Both the position numbers and the translations under genes were made by a program. Positions 10,967 through 21,799 of a DNA stretch of 64,000 bases are shown here, one piece after another; position 1 is the stretch's first letter, and the number at the start of each line of letters is the position of its first letter. This stretch comes from Felis catus. Lineage: Eukaryota. Under the pieces are notes generated by a model that made no database searches, had not been told where the DNA came from, and saw only the letters and a list, made by a program, of their open reading frames with translations. The DNA lies in assembly GCF_018350175.1 (NCBI RefSeq), contig NC_058377.1:19158001-19222000 (forward strand). The letters run 5' to 3'.

Positions 10967-12860
10967 CTAGATCTAGACATGGAATCACTTAATCCTCACT
11001 GTAGCCCTATGGGGTAGTACTATCATGATCCCTTTTCTTAAGAGATGTTTCTCAGGCTGGGGCCGCTGCTTTGGGTCTGCTCCTCACTCTTTGCACCCCT
11101 ATTCTGGTAGCAGCTCCATTTTCCCTGAAGACTGAGTCTTTTCCCCAAAGCCCAGCTGGGGGCAGGCCTCTGCCGTTGCCTTCTCGCAACAGCATTCTTT
11201 TCTCCGGGGTGGGCCCTGCGGATTGGGCTCTTGTGTTGAATGGGCTAATCTCAGGATCCCATTCTTTGTCCTCCCCTCCTGCCCAGTGGCCAGAGGGCTG
11301 GGTCTCCAGAGCTAAGAATTGTTTAAACCATGCTCTTTGACTATAGTGTCTTAGGTGGTCTGGCTATCTTCTCTAAAGTCTGCCCCTACTACCAAATTAA
11401 TCCCCTTCCTGTGTTTTCTGGCCTAAAAAACATGGCTTCTTCCCGACGTGGTCCCTCCCAGCCTTTGAGGCTTATGTTGCTTGCTGGGTTCACAGCCCAT
11501 TGCAAGCCGGGGCCGGGGACGGGGCCGGGGGCGGGGGGGGGGGCACGGTGGCTGAATAAATGTCTGCATTATCTCGTCCAGGGGCTGGGGTTCTATTTTG
11601 TGCATTAGTGAACCAGAAGTGACCAAAGTCATCTGCAGGGCCGTAGCTCATGAATAAAAGTATTCAGAAGATATTCATGTAAAGGAGAGGTGCGTTATGC
11701 TTGGCGAGCAAGTGACCGTGGAAATAGTGAGTGCAGGAAATAATTGAGCTTTGCATCTGGGGCCTTCGGGAGGCTTTGAATTGGATTGCCCTGCAGGTGG
11801 GAAACTTGGGAGCATCGTGCTCTGACACCACCTCTTGACTAATGAACATGGATTGTCAGGCGACAGAGGGAACCCTGATCAACTGACATTGACTCTTGGT
11901 ACAGGACCACTGTGGAAACCATCCAGGAGAGACAGCTAGTGTGCCTTATGGTGAAGCTTTTTCTCATTGCCTTTGGAGAACGAAATGCACACTTCTTTTT
12001 TAGGGCGGTTGATCTGAGTGAAAACCAATACGAGGGAGAGATGGGGTTCCTTCCTAAACGGAGTAAAAGGTGAGCCGAGGGTGAGCGACGTGGACAAAAT
12101 GGCGGCAGGTGAGAAGTAACAAGTGTGCTTGTCTCCAGCATCCAGCTAAGCAGTCATTTGCCAAGACTCTCACCTTTGACCCGTTTAGAGGCCCTCTCAC
12201 TGGGTCAGAGCAAAGAGCAGCCTCCTGACCATTCATTCCATGTCTCTTAGCTGACCGAGGGAGGCCAATTAGGTGCAATTGTGACGGACGCGGGAGGGAA
12301 AGTTTCCTCTATTCCACTGACCCTTCGGGTGACTCCATCTGTCTTAGAGGCCATAGAGGTGGAAGGTTGGGGGCTATTCTCCACCTCATCGGTCCACAGG
12401 CAGCCCTGGGTGCAGTGACTGGTTCGGTCGTTAGCCTCGCATCCTCACGTCCCTCAGATCTAATGCCCTCGTGTCTCCCCCCCAATACAGAAAATTACCG
12501 TTTGCCATTTCAGAAGCTGGATGTTTAGGGGTGGGAGGAAGAAAGATAACATAGAAATACTAGCTATTGGTTCAATGTGCGTTTTGTTTGAGAAGTAGCA
12601 CTTACGTGGGTAAAGGGTGGCAAATGTCAGTCCCACTTGCAACACCCACTTCCCACTGCCTGCTTTTTTCTCACCGTGGGATACAATGAATGAATTCATC
12701 AGAGGCGTTTCAGAGAAAGGCTGAAGACTAACGAATCACGGTTCTTCCGGCACTCCCAACTAGTTTAAAATCTAACAAGCTTGCTCAATGTGAGGGCTCC
12801 CAAAGTACCCTAAGATGTATTCATCAACTACCAGCGATTAAAATCAATGTGCTTTGGGTA

Positions 12861-12880
12861 CACGCGAACACGCACGCGTG

Positions 12881-12909
<29 letters not shown>
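12861..12909. repeat. (CA)n microsatellite with CG-containing left part
   Basis: cacgcgaacacgcacgcgtg followed by (ca)n. Confidence 0.95.
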
Positions 12910-12913
<4 letters not shown>

Positions 12914-13091
12914 AGCTGCCTTTGCAAACAGGGCTTTGGGAGACGTATATAATCGCATCCCTTCCCTCTATGTCCAGGAACTTCAATCTGCTACTGTGCC
13001 ACATCAGGTATGAAACGAAAGACAAATGACAAGGCATCTAAACAGAAGAAGGGAGCTTGAGTAACTGTAGTTTTTATGGTAGGGAGAGTCC

Positions 13092-13255
13092 NNNNNNNNN
13101 NNNNNNNNNNNNNNNNNNNNNNNNNNNNNNNNNNNNNNNNNNNNNNNNNNNNNNNNNNNNNNNNNNNNNNNNNNNNNNNNNNNNNNNNNNNNNNNNNNNN
13201 NNNNNNNNNNNNNNNNNNNNNNNNNNNNNNNNNNNNNNNNNNNNNNNNNNNNNNN
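13092..13255. other. Assembly gap (164 N)
   Basis: N run. Confidence 0.99.
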
Positions 13256-13651
13256 TGCGGGGGTGGAGGGGCTGGGGTGGAGGAGGAGAAACACGGAACA
13301 AGAAACTGGCAGGGGAGAAGTGGGCCTAGGGCACCCCAGGTTGGGCTGAACCAATGGGGCAGTTAAAGGGCCCTTTCTTGTAGACAGGAACGCTGGTACC
13401 CACAGCCCTCCCTCCCCCATTCCCTTTTAATTCAGTGGCTTCGTAGGGGCTTCTTTGATGGCGGCTTTGAAGTTGGTGGCTTTGAGATTACTCTTCCTCT
13501 GTGACCTTGACCACCAGCCATGAGGTTAGGGGGGAAGGGGAGGGGAGGAGGAAGGCGCTGGAGTTGGAAAAAGGAAAGGAAGGAATGGGGAGGGGAAGGG
13601 AAGGCCGCCCTAAGACATTTCTGCAGCATTCCATGACTTTTCTGATCACTC

Positions 13652-13911
13652 NNNNNNNNNNNNNNNNNNNNNNNNNNNNNNNNNNNNNNNNNNNNNNNNN
13701 NNNNNNNNNNNNNNNNNNNNNNNNNNNNNNNNNNNNNNNNNNNNNNNNNNNNNNNNNNNNNNNNNNNNNNNNNNNNNNNNNNNNNNNNNNNNNNNNNNNN
13801 NNNNNNNNNNNNNNNNNNNNNNNNNNNNNNNNNNNNNNNNNNNNNNNNNNNNNNNNNNNNNNNNNNNNNNNNNNNNNNNNNNNNNNNNNNNNNNNNNNNN
13901 NNNNNNNNNNN
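13652..13911. other. Assembly gap (260 N)
   Basis: N run. Confidence 0.99.
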
Positions 13912-14272
13912 TCAGCGTTTCAGTGGAATGCTGATCATGGTTTTAATATTCCATGCAGCTCTGCCCCCTCTGATTTCACGCTCACACATTAACGAGAGCT
14001 GACACTGGAGATTAGACGCAGACAGCTGGAATGCCAGGTCTTTGTTGAAGCATGGACAGGAGCCAATGTCGTTCAACCACAGCCAAGAGGGACCTGGGAA
14101 AGTCTTCTTAAGAAGGAGGGGAAGGCGGGGTGGGGGGCTTGAGGGAGGGCGGGAGAGGGGGATGGGGGCAGAAAGAAAGCCAAGGTAGTTTCTGAAGGGC
14201 ATAGGAAAAGAGATATTTGCAGAGAGCCCTTTTGTCTCTGAAATCCACGTTCGGATCAATTCTGATTTATTT

Positions 14273-14445
14273 AGAGGAAGTGGATCGTTACAGGGAAATC
14301 CCAAATCGGTTGCAGTATTTTTCTGTAAACTCTGAAAATACAAGTGTGGTGCCCGGAAGTGGAAATGGCTCCCTGCTTTCGGCTGCTCCCTAGCCTGTCT
14401 AAGACACAATGGTGATTAGGAGCTGGCAGAAACGTGCTTACATAA
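14273..14445. promoter_or_regulatory. Candidate immune/myeloid enhancer (motif cluster)
   Basis: AGAGGAAGTG (PU.1) 14273-14282, GGGAAATCCC (NF-kB) 14293-14302, TGTGGT (RUNX) 14345-14350, CCGGAAGTG (ETS) 14353-14361, TTACATAA (C/EBP/PAR-bZIP-like) 14438-14445; motif evidence only. Confidence 0.45.
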
Positions 14446-14761
14446 GGAAATGTGTTCTCCTCTCTGCCTTAAAAAAATCACTTACTTCCAGGTGAATAGA
14501 TGGGGGAAATAAAACTAGATTTATGAGCTAGGGCTGCCTGCTCAACTAGTGACTACCCAGGCAAGAAAGGAAGTCTTGTAGCCTAACTGCCTTGATCCTA
14601 ATAAATTGTTTCCTGATACCAGAAATCAAATAAAGATCCATAGTCTCATCTAAACCATGAAGCAACTTGCGCTCGGATGGCGCCCATATTGCAAAGGGTG
14701 CTGCCTGAAGCAGTGGCACAACTTTCTCAAAAAGAAAATGACAGATGATCAAGGTTGCAAA

Positions 14762-14959
14762 NNNNNNNNNNNNNNNNNNNNNNNNNNNNNNNNNNNNNNN
14801 NNNNNNNNNNNNNNNNNNNNNNNNNNNNNNNNNNNNNNNNNNNNNNNNNNNNNNNNNNNNNNNNNNNNNNNNNNNNNNNNNNNNNNNNNNNNNNNNNNNN
14901 NNNNNNNNNNNNNNNNNNNNNNNNNNNNNNNNNNNNNNNNNNNNNNNNNNNNNNNNNNN
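14762..14959. other. Assembly gap (198 N)
   Basis: N run. Confidence 0.99.
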
Positions 14960-15322
14960 ACGTACCCATTTCTGAGGCATGGGTGGAGTGACTGAGGCCC
15001 AGGACCCTGCAGGGGCTCACTTGGACGGAAGTAGACGACAAATGGCAAAGCCACATGCTACAGCTGCGTGAGGCCCTCCAGGCACTTTCTCTGACTCCCA
15101 CCGCTCTGTCCTATGAGCATGGCTTTCTTCGGGAGATTAGATGAACTGAACTGTCTTGTATCCTTTTGGCCTTTTGTTCTTATTTGTCCTTGTTCTTGGC
15201 CTTGGTTGGACCACTGTCACTGACATAGGTCTATAAACTCAGCGAGTATTTATTGAGCCCTGAACTAGGCAATGTTTTGATTAAAAAGGAATATGAGTTA
15301 GGATGGATATTTATCTATATCC

Positions 15323-15353
<31 letters not shown>

Positions 15354-15399
15354 TGACATATGATATATATTACATTTATCACTGATACTTTAATAAAAA

Positions 15400-15895
15400 T
15401 GCTGGGATCATATCATAGTGGTTAAGAGCACCGCTTCTTTTTTTTTTTTTTAAACTTTTTTTTTTCAACGTTTTATTTATTTTTGGGACAGTGAGAGACA
15501 GAGCATGAACGGGGGAGGGGCAGAGAGAGAGGGAGACACAGAATCGGAAACAGGCTCCAGGCTCTGAGCCATCGGCCCAGAGCCTGACGCGGGGCTCGAA
15601 CTCATGGACCGCAATATCGTGACCTGGCTGAAGTCGGACGCTTAACCGACTGTGCCACCCAGGCGCCCCAAGAGCACCGCTTCTAACAGCATATATCAGA
15701 GTGATGAAGAACAAGTCAGACAAATCTGTACACGAATCTCTTCTTTTACTGGCTCTGTGGCCATTAGCAAGTTACTTAACTTCTCTCTACGCCTCAATTT
15801 TCTTGTCTGTAAAATGGGAGTGAAAATGAAATCACCCTTAGCACAGCACCTGACCCGTAGGAAGCATTCAATGAAAGCTATTATTCTTGCTGTTA
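15400..15895 (+). mobile_element. MIR SINE interrupted by a Can-SINE
   Basis: ATAGTGGTTAAGAGCA head; core GCAAGTTACTTAACTTCTCT...TTCTTGTCTGTAAAATGGGAG. Confidence 0.85.
15439..15669 (-). mobile_element. Young Can-SINE (SINEC_Fc)
   Basis: Perfect TSD AAGAGCACCGCTTCT at 15424-15438 and 15670-15684. Confidence 0.97.
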
Positions 15896-15928
15896 CTTTC
15901 ATACAGTCATTGGGACGATTCAATGAGA

Positions 15929-15930
<2 letters not shown>

Positions 15931-15964
<34 letters not shown>

Positions 15965-15976
15965 GTGCACACACAC
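15931..15976. repeat. (AC)n microsatellite
   Basis: Direct reading. Confidence 0.95.
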
Positions 15977-16125
15977 GGACACAGCTGCATGGTTACAGTA
16001 AACACTAAGTGCTGGTGAGTGTTCCGTAGTGCATTAGAATACATAATCCTAAAGCACTCCCACTGCCTTCAGAGTCCCCTCTTTGATTGATTGACGCTTA
16101 TTTCCAACATAATGCAAAAGTGCTC

Positions 16126-16262
16126 GACGCTGGCTGTTGTATGTAAGTGATGAATCGTGAAATTCTACTCCGGGAACTGATACTACACTATACGTTAACT
16201 AACTTGAACTTTAAATAAATAAATAAATAAATAAACAAACAAACAAATAAAATAAAATAAAA
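16126..16262 (+). mobile_element. Very short 5'-truncated carnivore L1 3' end
   Basis: TGTTGTATGTAAGTGATGAATC...AATTCTACTCC...GTTAACTAAC plus (TAAA)n tail; TSD-like AAAA(T)GTGCTC on both sides. Confidence 0.85.
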
Positions 16263-16814
16263 TGTGCTCAAAGCATGTTTGGAACTCTTCTTTAGAGTTA
16301 TGTGTGGACTCTATTGGCACTCTCTCGCAAGTATCTTCAAACGTGGCACATTTTCATCCTCAGAGGGAGGATTTGTTGTTGGAAGCTACTAAAACTTGCC
16401 CCGAAGTTATGTCCAATGACGATGGGGGCAATCAAGCCAAGGAAATGTTGTTTTGGAAATAATGTGCCTGTAAAGAAATTAGACTGGTTTTCGCTTATGG
16501 CATATAAACTGATTCTGACCACAATTCTGCAAAAGACCCGTTGAGCAAATGCAGCTGTTTTTGGCATCTACACAGAGCCTCCCAAGGAGAGCACTTTAGA
16601 AGGGATCATAGCTTCTGATTTCTGATTTGTGGAGGAAAAAAACTGAAACTCCTTTCTTTCATGGTCACTGTTGCAGACTGGCCTTCCCTGCCATGGCCTA
16701 TAGTCCCCCCCAGAAGGGAAGGGTGTGCCCATGAGTGCTTCAGATCATCCCAAAACTAAAGTTCACTTCTCTTGACTTTGCCCTCTTGGCTCGTGGACAG
16801 TGTTAGTGCAGGGT

Positions 16815-16990
16815 CAATTTGCTCATTTATTTAGAATTGCCGAAGCATTCACTGGGCTTCTAATAGGTACTAAAGATTAAATTTACTAAGTTATGATCTC
16901 TACCCTCAGGGGCCTCACAGTCTAATAGGGAAGGCAAGGTAGAGAGTTGAGTGCTATGGTAGAGGGACATGTCAGGTGTAGGCAGATCCT
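16815..16990 (-). mobile_element. L2 3' fragment
   Basis: CTCATTTATT...CTACCCTCAGGGGCCTCACAGTCTAATAGGGAAGGCA L2 signature. Confidence 0.65.
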
Positions 16991-18067
16991 GGAGGGCCCC
17001 ATATACCTCATGCTCTAGTGTGTGGACATTATGTTAGAGGTGATACGAAGCCATTGACTGTGAAAGCTGAGAAATAATGTGCTTCAATTTGCTTTTCCCT
17101 TTTCTTCCATCTACCCCTGTGCCTGACCTCCATGTTTTCAGAACTGACCAAATCTTAGACTCCCTATCTGAGCCCTGAACGTGGCTGAGGCCCTTTTCTT
17201 GATCTCTTGTTCTTTTTCTTGATCTCTCTCCCTTATTAGGGAGCAATTTGGCAGAGAGAGAGAGGAGACCTTTCCAGTGTCCTCCCTCCAGGAAGATTTA
17301 GGAGGTGTGATTTATTATAACTTCAATTATAAAAGGTTTGGGTTTGGCTTAAAAGGTTTTTTTTGTTGTTTTTTTTTTTAAACTTACAATGTCTGAGTCT
17401 GTTCCAAGGGATGTAAACCATGGCAGACTTCCAGTGGCCCCAGGTAGCATCCCCCATAGTCACATTACTTACAATTGGTAATAAATGGCTTTGACCAAAG
17501 GGGAGAGTAGATTAGCTGAATAGAATACTTAAGAACCTAAAGATGTGAGAGAGTGTGGTTAGATTGCATTGATCATATAGGTACAATATTGCGCGTATAG
17601 AATATGCTAGAAAACAAGAAGCCTGGGGGGTTTGATTTATACCACATTGCTTTGCCTCTGTGATGTTGGAGGCAAGAGTACCATTTGTGCCAACACACTG
17701 TCATTGAAAGAGATCCATTTGTTCAGCGTGCACGGAAAATTATCCAGACTTTGTGCATTCACTCAGGGTCACAGCACCTAGAAGCATGGAAATAAGATGT
17801 AGGAGGCTGCAATCGTCTCCCTGGATATGAATTGTCTAGCGACTCTGGAGTATTGTAACCATTCTGAATGGCCATGATAACAACACCTCTCTGAAGACTG
17901 ATTCTCAGCCTCACTATCGTACTGCACAGAGGTTTCACAGAGGTGGGTTACGAGCATAGCATTTGTGGCTACATGGCTCAGATTTGCACGCAATTTCATT
18001 GGGCAAAAATTAGGGAGGTTGGTTCTGTAACGTCACCCTCATTCATCATCTCCTTTCTAGTATGTTT

Positions 18068-18288
18068 GTATGTTTTTTTTAAATGTTTATTTTTGAAAGA
18101 GAGAGAGATTGAGAGACAGAGCAGGAGTGGGGGAGGAGCAGGGAGAGAGGGAGACACAGAATCCGAAGCAGCCTCCGGGCTCTGAGCTGTTGGCGCAGAG
18201 CCTGACGTGGGCTTCGAACCCACGAACCGTGAGATCATGATCTGAACCGAAGTCGGACGCTTAAACGACTGAGCCACCCAGGCCCCCC
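18068..18288 (-). mobile_element. Can-SINE (SINEC_Fc)
   Basis: Full reverse SINE body and tail; degraded TSD. Confidence 0.95.
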
Positions 18289-18799
18289 TCCAGGATGTTT
18301 TCTTGAGTGGGAGAGAAAGGAGTGGCTACAGGGAATTAGGGAATGTCTGAAGAGCACCCAGAGAGTGTGCTGTATATGGTAATTTATGTTAATGTCACGT
18401 GTGTCCCCCACGAAAAAAAATGTTCAGAGCAAGTATATTAGACAATGACCTTCAGTATAAACACAGGCGTGTCATGTATGCAATTCAAATGGAGTTTAGT
18501 TATTGTGAGATGAGAAAAGATGACATACGATATAGTCTTTCAGAAACCGAGTTTCACGATATATTCCTTGAGCCTGGCATCTGTTGTAGGATCCAAGAGA
18601 ACAGGTTGGATGCAAAGTAGTCTATTTATTTGTCCCATTATTATTTAATCTTAGTTGCTTTTATTAGGTCTATAGATATTCCAATTCCTTCATTTTGTCT
18701 CTGAGCAGTTCCTGGGATTGGTCATTAAGGGCTATAATAGAAATCATGGAAGTCAGGGGTAATGGGAATCAAAATTTGTTGAACACCTACTGCATGTTG

Positions 18800-18902
18800 G
18801 TTATATATATAATATATATGTACATATAATATACATATGATATAATACATATTGGTAAGTTATATATATAATATATATTATAATATGATATATGTAATAT
18901 AA
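18800..18902. repeat. (TA)-rich low-complexity tract running into gap
   Basis: Direct reading. Confidence 0.95.
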
Positions 18903-19093
18903 NNNNNNNNNNNNNNNNNNNNNNNNNNNNNNNNNNNNNNNNNNNNNNNNNNNNNNNNNNNNNNNNNNNNNNNNNNNNNNNNNNNNNNNNNNNNNNNNNN
19001 NNNNNNNNNNNNNNNNNNNNNNNNNNNNNNNNNNNNNNNNNNNNNNNNNNNNNNNNNNNNNNNNNNNNNNNNNNNNNNNNNNNNNNNNNNNNN
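18903..19093. other. Assembly gap (191 N)
   Basis: N run. Confidence 0.99.
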
Positions 19094-19319
19094 ATCTCTG
19101 ATCTTAGTGTCAAGAGAGCTGAATCCAAAGCCCATGCTTCCCCTCTTGCTCATGGTGTGGTTCTCGCAAGTTCATTTCACCTGAGTCTCACTTTTGTCAA
19201 TTTTTTTTGACGGAGGCAACTGTGTGTTGGAATTATGGTGCAGAGTCAATGAAATCATGCAACCAAAGTCTTTGGACCAATGTCTGATGTATACAGCAGA
19301 TACTCAATAAATCCTGGGT
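19094..19319 (+). repeat. Inverted repeat left arm (MIR-derived)
   Basis: About 90% identical to the reverse complement of 21464-21690; MIR core-like GCAAGTTCATTTCACCTGAGTCTCACTTTTGTCA and 3' CTCAATAAAT. Confidence 0.92.
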
Positions 19320-19689
19320 ACGTATACATTATATATATGTGTATATAATGTATGTTTAATCCTCACAATGATTCTACAAGGGTTTGTCCCCATTGCGCAT
19401 CCTTCATTTGAAGGATTCTAAGACACAAAAAACCTTAAATAATTGCCCCTATAACATTAAACCTTGGGAGTAATTTGAATCCAGATCTTTTTGAATCTCC
19501 AAACCCTTGCTTCTTTCCTGACTGTGTGCCTTTTATGGGCTTGCCAGGCAAGGTAAGGTAGGAGGCATAAGTTCTCAGTGGTGCTCCAGGAGGATATAAG
19601 GGCAGGATTGGGTCCAGTCTAAAATGTGAAGTTCAGCCTAAATAATTAGGACCAAGTAGGGCTCATCCATGATAACGTCTAATGGTACG

Positions 19690-19770
19690 CAGAGGCCAAA
19701 CCATGTGAAATTGCCAACTTGACCATTTTTCATCTGTGAAGATGGAAACTTTATATGGTTCAATTTCATA
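19690..19770. mobile_element. MADE2-like mariner MITE (~80 bp)
   Basis: AACCATGTGAAATTGCC..TTGACCATTTTT...ACTTTATATGGTTCAA, matching the MADE2 inverted termini. Confidence 0.75.
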
Positions 19771-19781
19771 AAAGTAGGACA

Positions 19782-20010
19782 GGGGTGCCTGGGTGGCTCA
19801 GTCAGTTAAGCCTCTGACTTTGGCTAAGGTCATGATCTCGCGGTTCGTGGGTTTGAGCACTGTGTCGGGCTCTGGACTGATGGTGAAGAGCCTACCTGGG
19901 ATTCTCTCTCTCTCCCTCTCTCTCTCTGCTCCTCCCCTGCTCATGTGCGTGCTGACATGTGCTCGCTCTCTCTCTCTCTCTCTCTCACAATAAATAAACT
20001 TAAAAAAAAA
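19782..20010 (+). mobile_element. Can-SINE
   Basis: Head, (CT)n, tail; TSD-like AAAAGTAGGACA / AAAAATAGGATA. Confidence 0.95.
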
Positions 20011-20293
20011 ATAGGATAATCAGTGCTAAGCACACTTCATATGTTTTTCTCACACATGAGATTAAAATAAAAAATGTGGCTATTGAAATGGAAACAGAAG
20101 GGTCACTTTGATCCGGAAAGTGTGGCACCTACAAAGACAAGCTTCACATGATGAAAAGAAGAAGAGAGACGACTTCTAGCCCTCTAATGCCATCCCAGGC
20201 TCTAGAATATGAGGCACTGTCCCTCTGCCACAACTAAAATCTAAAGTCACTTGCCTGCATCCCTCTAGGCCCTGAGGAAGGCTAGTTACCTAC

Positions 20294-20694
20294 TGTTATG
20301 GTTGAGTCGTGTCCCCCTAAAAAACAAGTGTTGAAGTCCTCCTAACCCTTGATACTTCAGAATGTGACCTTATTTGGCAATAGGGCTGTTGCAAATGTAA
20401 TTAGTTAAGATGAATTCACGCTGGAGTGGAGTGGCCCCTTTGTCCAATATGACCAATGTTCTTGCAAAGAGAAGAGATACCTGGGGAGGAGAATGCCATG
20501 TGGCAAAGGCAGCAGAGACTGGAAAGAAGCACCTGCAAGCCAAGGGTTGTTGACAAACACCAGGAGCGAGGAGGGGCAAGGAAAGAAGGACCCTTCTCTA
20601 GAAGTTTCAGAGGGAGTACTGTCCTGCTGGCACCTTGATTTCAGATTTCTAGCGTCCAGAACTGGGAGACAAGAAATCTCTGTTGTTTTAGGCC
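20294..20694 (+). mobile_element. MaLR solo LTR (MLT1B/C-like)
   Basis: TGTTATGGTTGA.T.GTGTCCCC start; AATGTGACCTTATTTGG.AATAGGG; CACCTTGATTTCAGA...CCAGAACTG.GAGACAA. Confidence 0.9.
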
Positions 20695-20786
20695 CCGGGA
20701 AACCCACCTTTCGGGCTCTCTATTGACGCCCGTCTTCTGCTCTCAGTCACGATGATTAAGAAAATAAAATTGAAATAAAATTGTTA

Positions 20787-21010
20787 GCTGCGCCTGGGTG
20801 GCTCAGCCCGTTGGGCGGCTGACTTCAGCTCAGGTCATGATCTCCGGCTCCTGGGTTCAAGCCCCGCCCCTGGGTTCTGTGCTGGCAGCTCGGAGCCTGG
20901 AGCCTGCTTCGGATTCTGTGTCTCCCTGTCTCTCTGCCCCTCCCCTGCTCACATTCTGTCTCTCTCTGTCTCTCAAAAATAAATACGCATTAAAAATTTT
21001 TTAAAAAAGA
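20787..21010 (+). mobile_element. Can-SINE (SINEC_Fc)
   Basis: TSD AAATAAAATTGTT at 20773-20785 and 21011-21023. Confidence 0.95.
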
Positions 21011-21463
21011 AAATAAAATTGTTGCATAAAAAGGCAAATTCTAGATTTCAGACTGACTCATTTCTAGAATGTTCTGAAGAGCTTCATTTTTTTCTGAACC
21101 TTTAGTTTGGGAGCTACAGATGCAGACTGGTCTCTTCTTAGCAGGAGTTTTCATGCAATTTATGACAGTTAACCTACATGTTAGATTTCCTCTGAGCCTA
21201 AGTCACGGCATAATGAATTTTGGACAAATGGGCTGCCTTCCTGGTGACCACCAAGGTAAGGGATGTCGATGAGGTCTTCCCTGGCAGCTGTGATGGGCCC
21301 TCCCACCATCAGCAATTAATTTGAGTTATGTTCAATCGTCAGTGTTATGGGGGAGGCACAATATTTTATGCTATTATCACCATTGGTAACTAATCCGGGA
21401 TTCATTTATCAGGTTAGTCGATCATTAGCAGGACCCAGACACGAGCCGGCCACAAATAGATTC

Positions 21464-21690
21464 ACCCAGGATTTATTGAGTATCTGCCATATACATCAGA
21501 CATTGGTCCAAAGGCTTTGATTGCGTGATTTCATTGACTCTGCACCATAATTCCAACACACAGTTGTCTCCGTCAAAAAATGACAAAAGTGAGACTCAGA
21601 AAGGTAAAATGAACTGGCAAGGGTCACATTATGAGCAAGAGGGGAAACTTGAGCTTCGGATCCAGTTCTCCTGACACTAAGATCAGAGAT
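21464..21690 (-). repeat. Inverted repeat right arm (MIR-derived)
   Basis: Reverse complement aligns to 19094-19319 with 21 substitutions and 2 small indels (hand alignment). Confidence 0.92.
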
Positions 21691-21799
21691 GGGGACGACA
21701 GGGGGAACGGCTCCCATGAGGTGCCACACTGGGAGGATCTGGGAAAATGCAGGACCACCGAGAATAGCAGGGAGCAGGAATTCGTACTCAAAAACTGTC

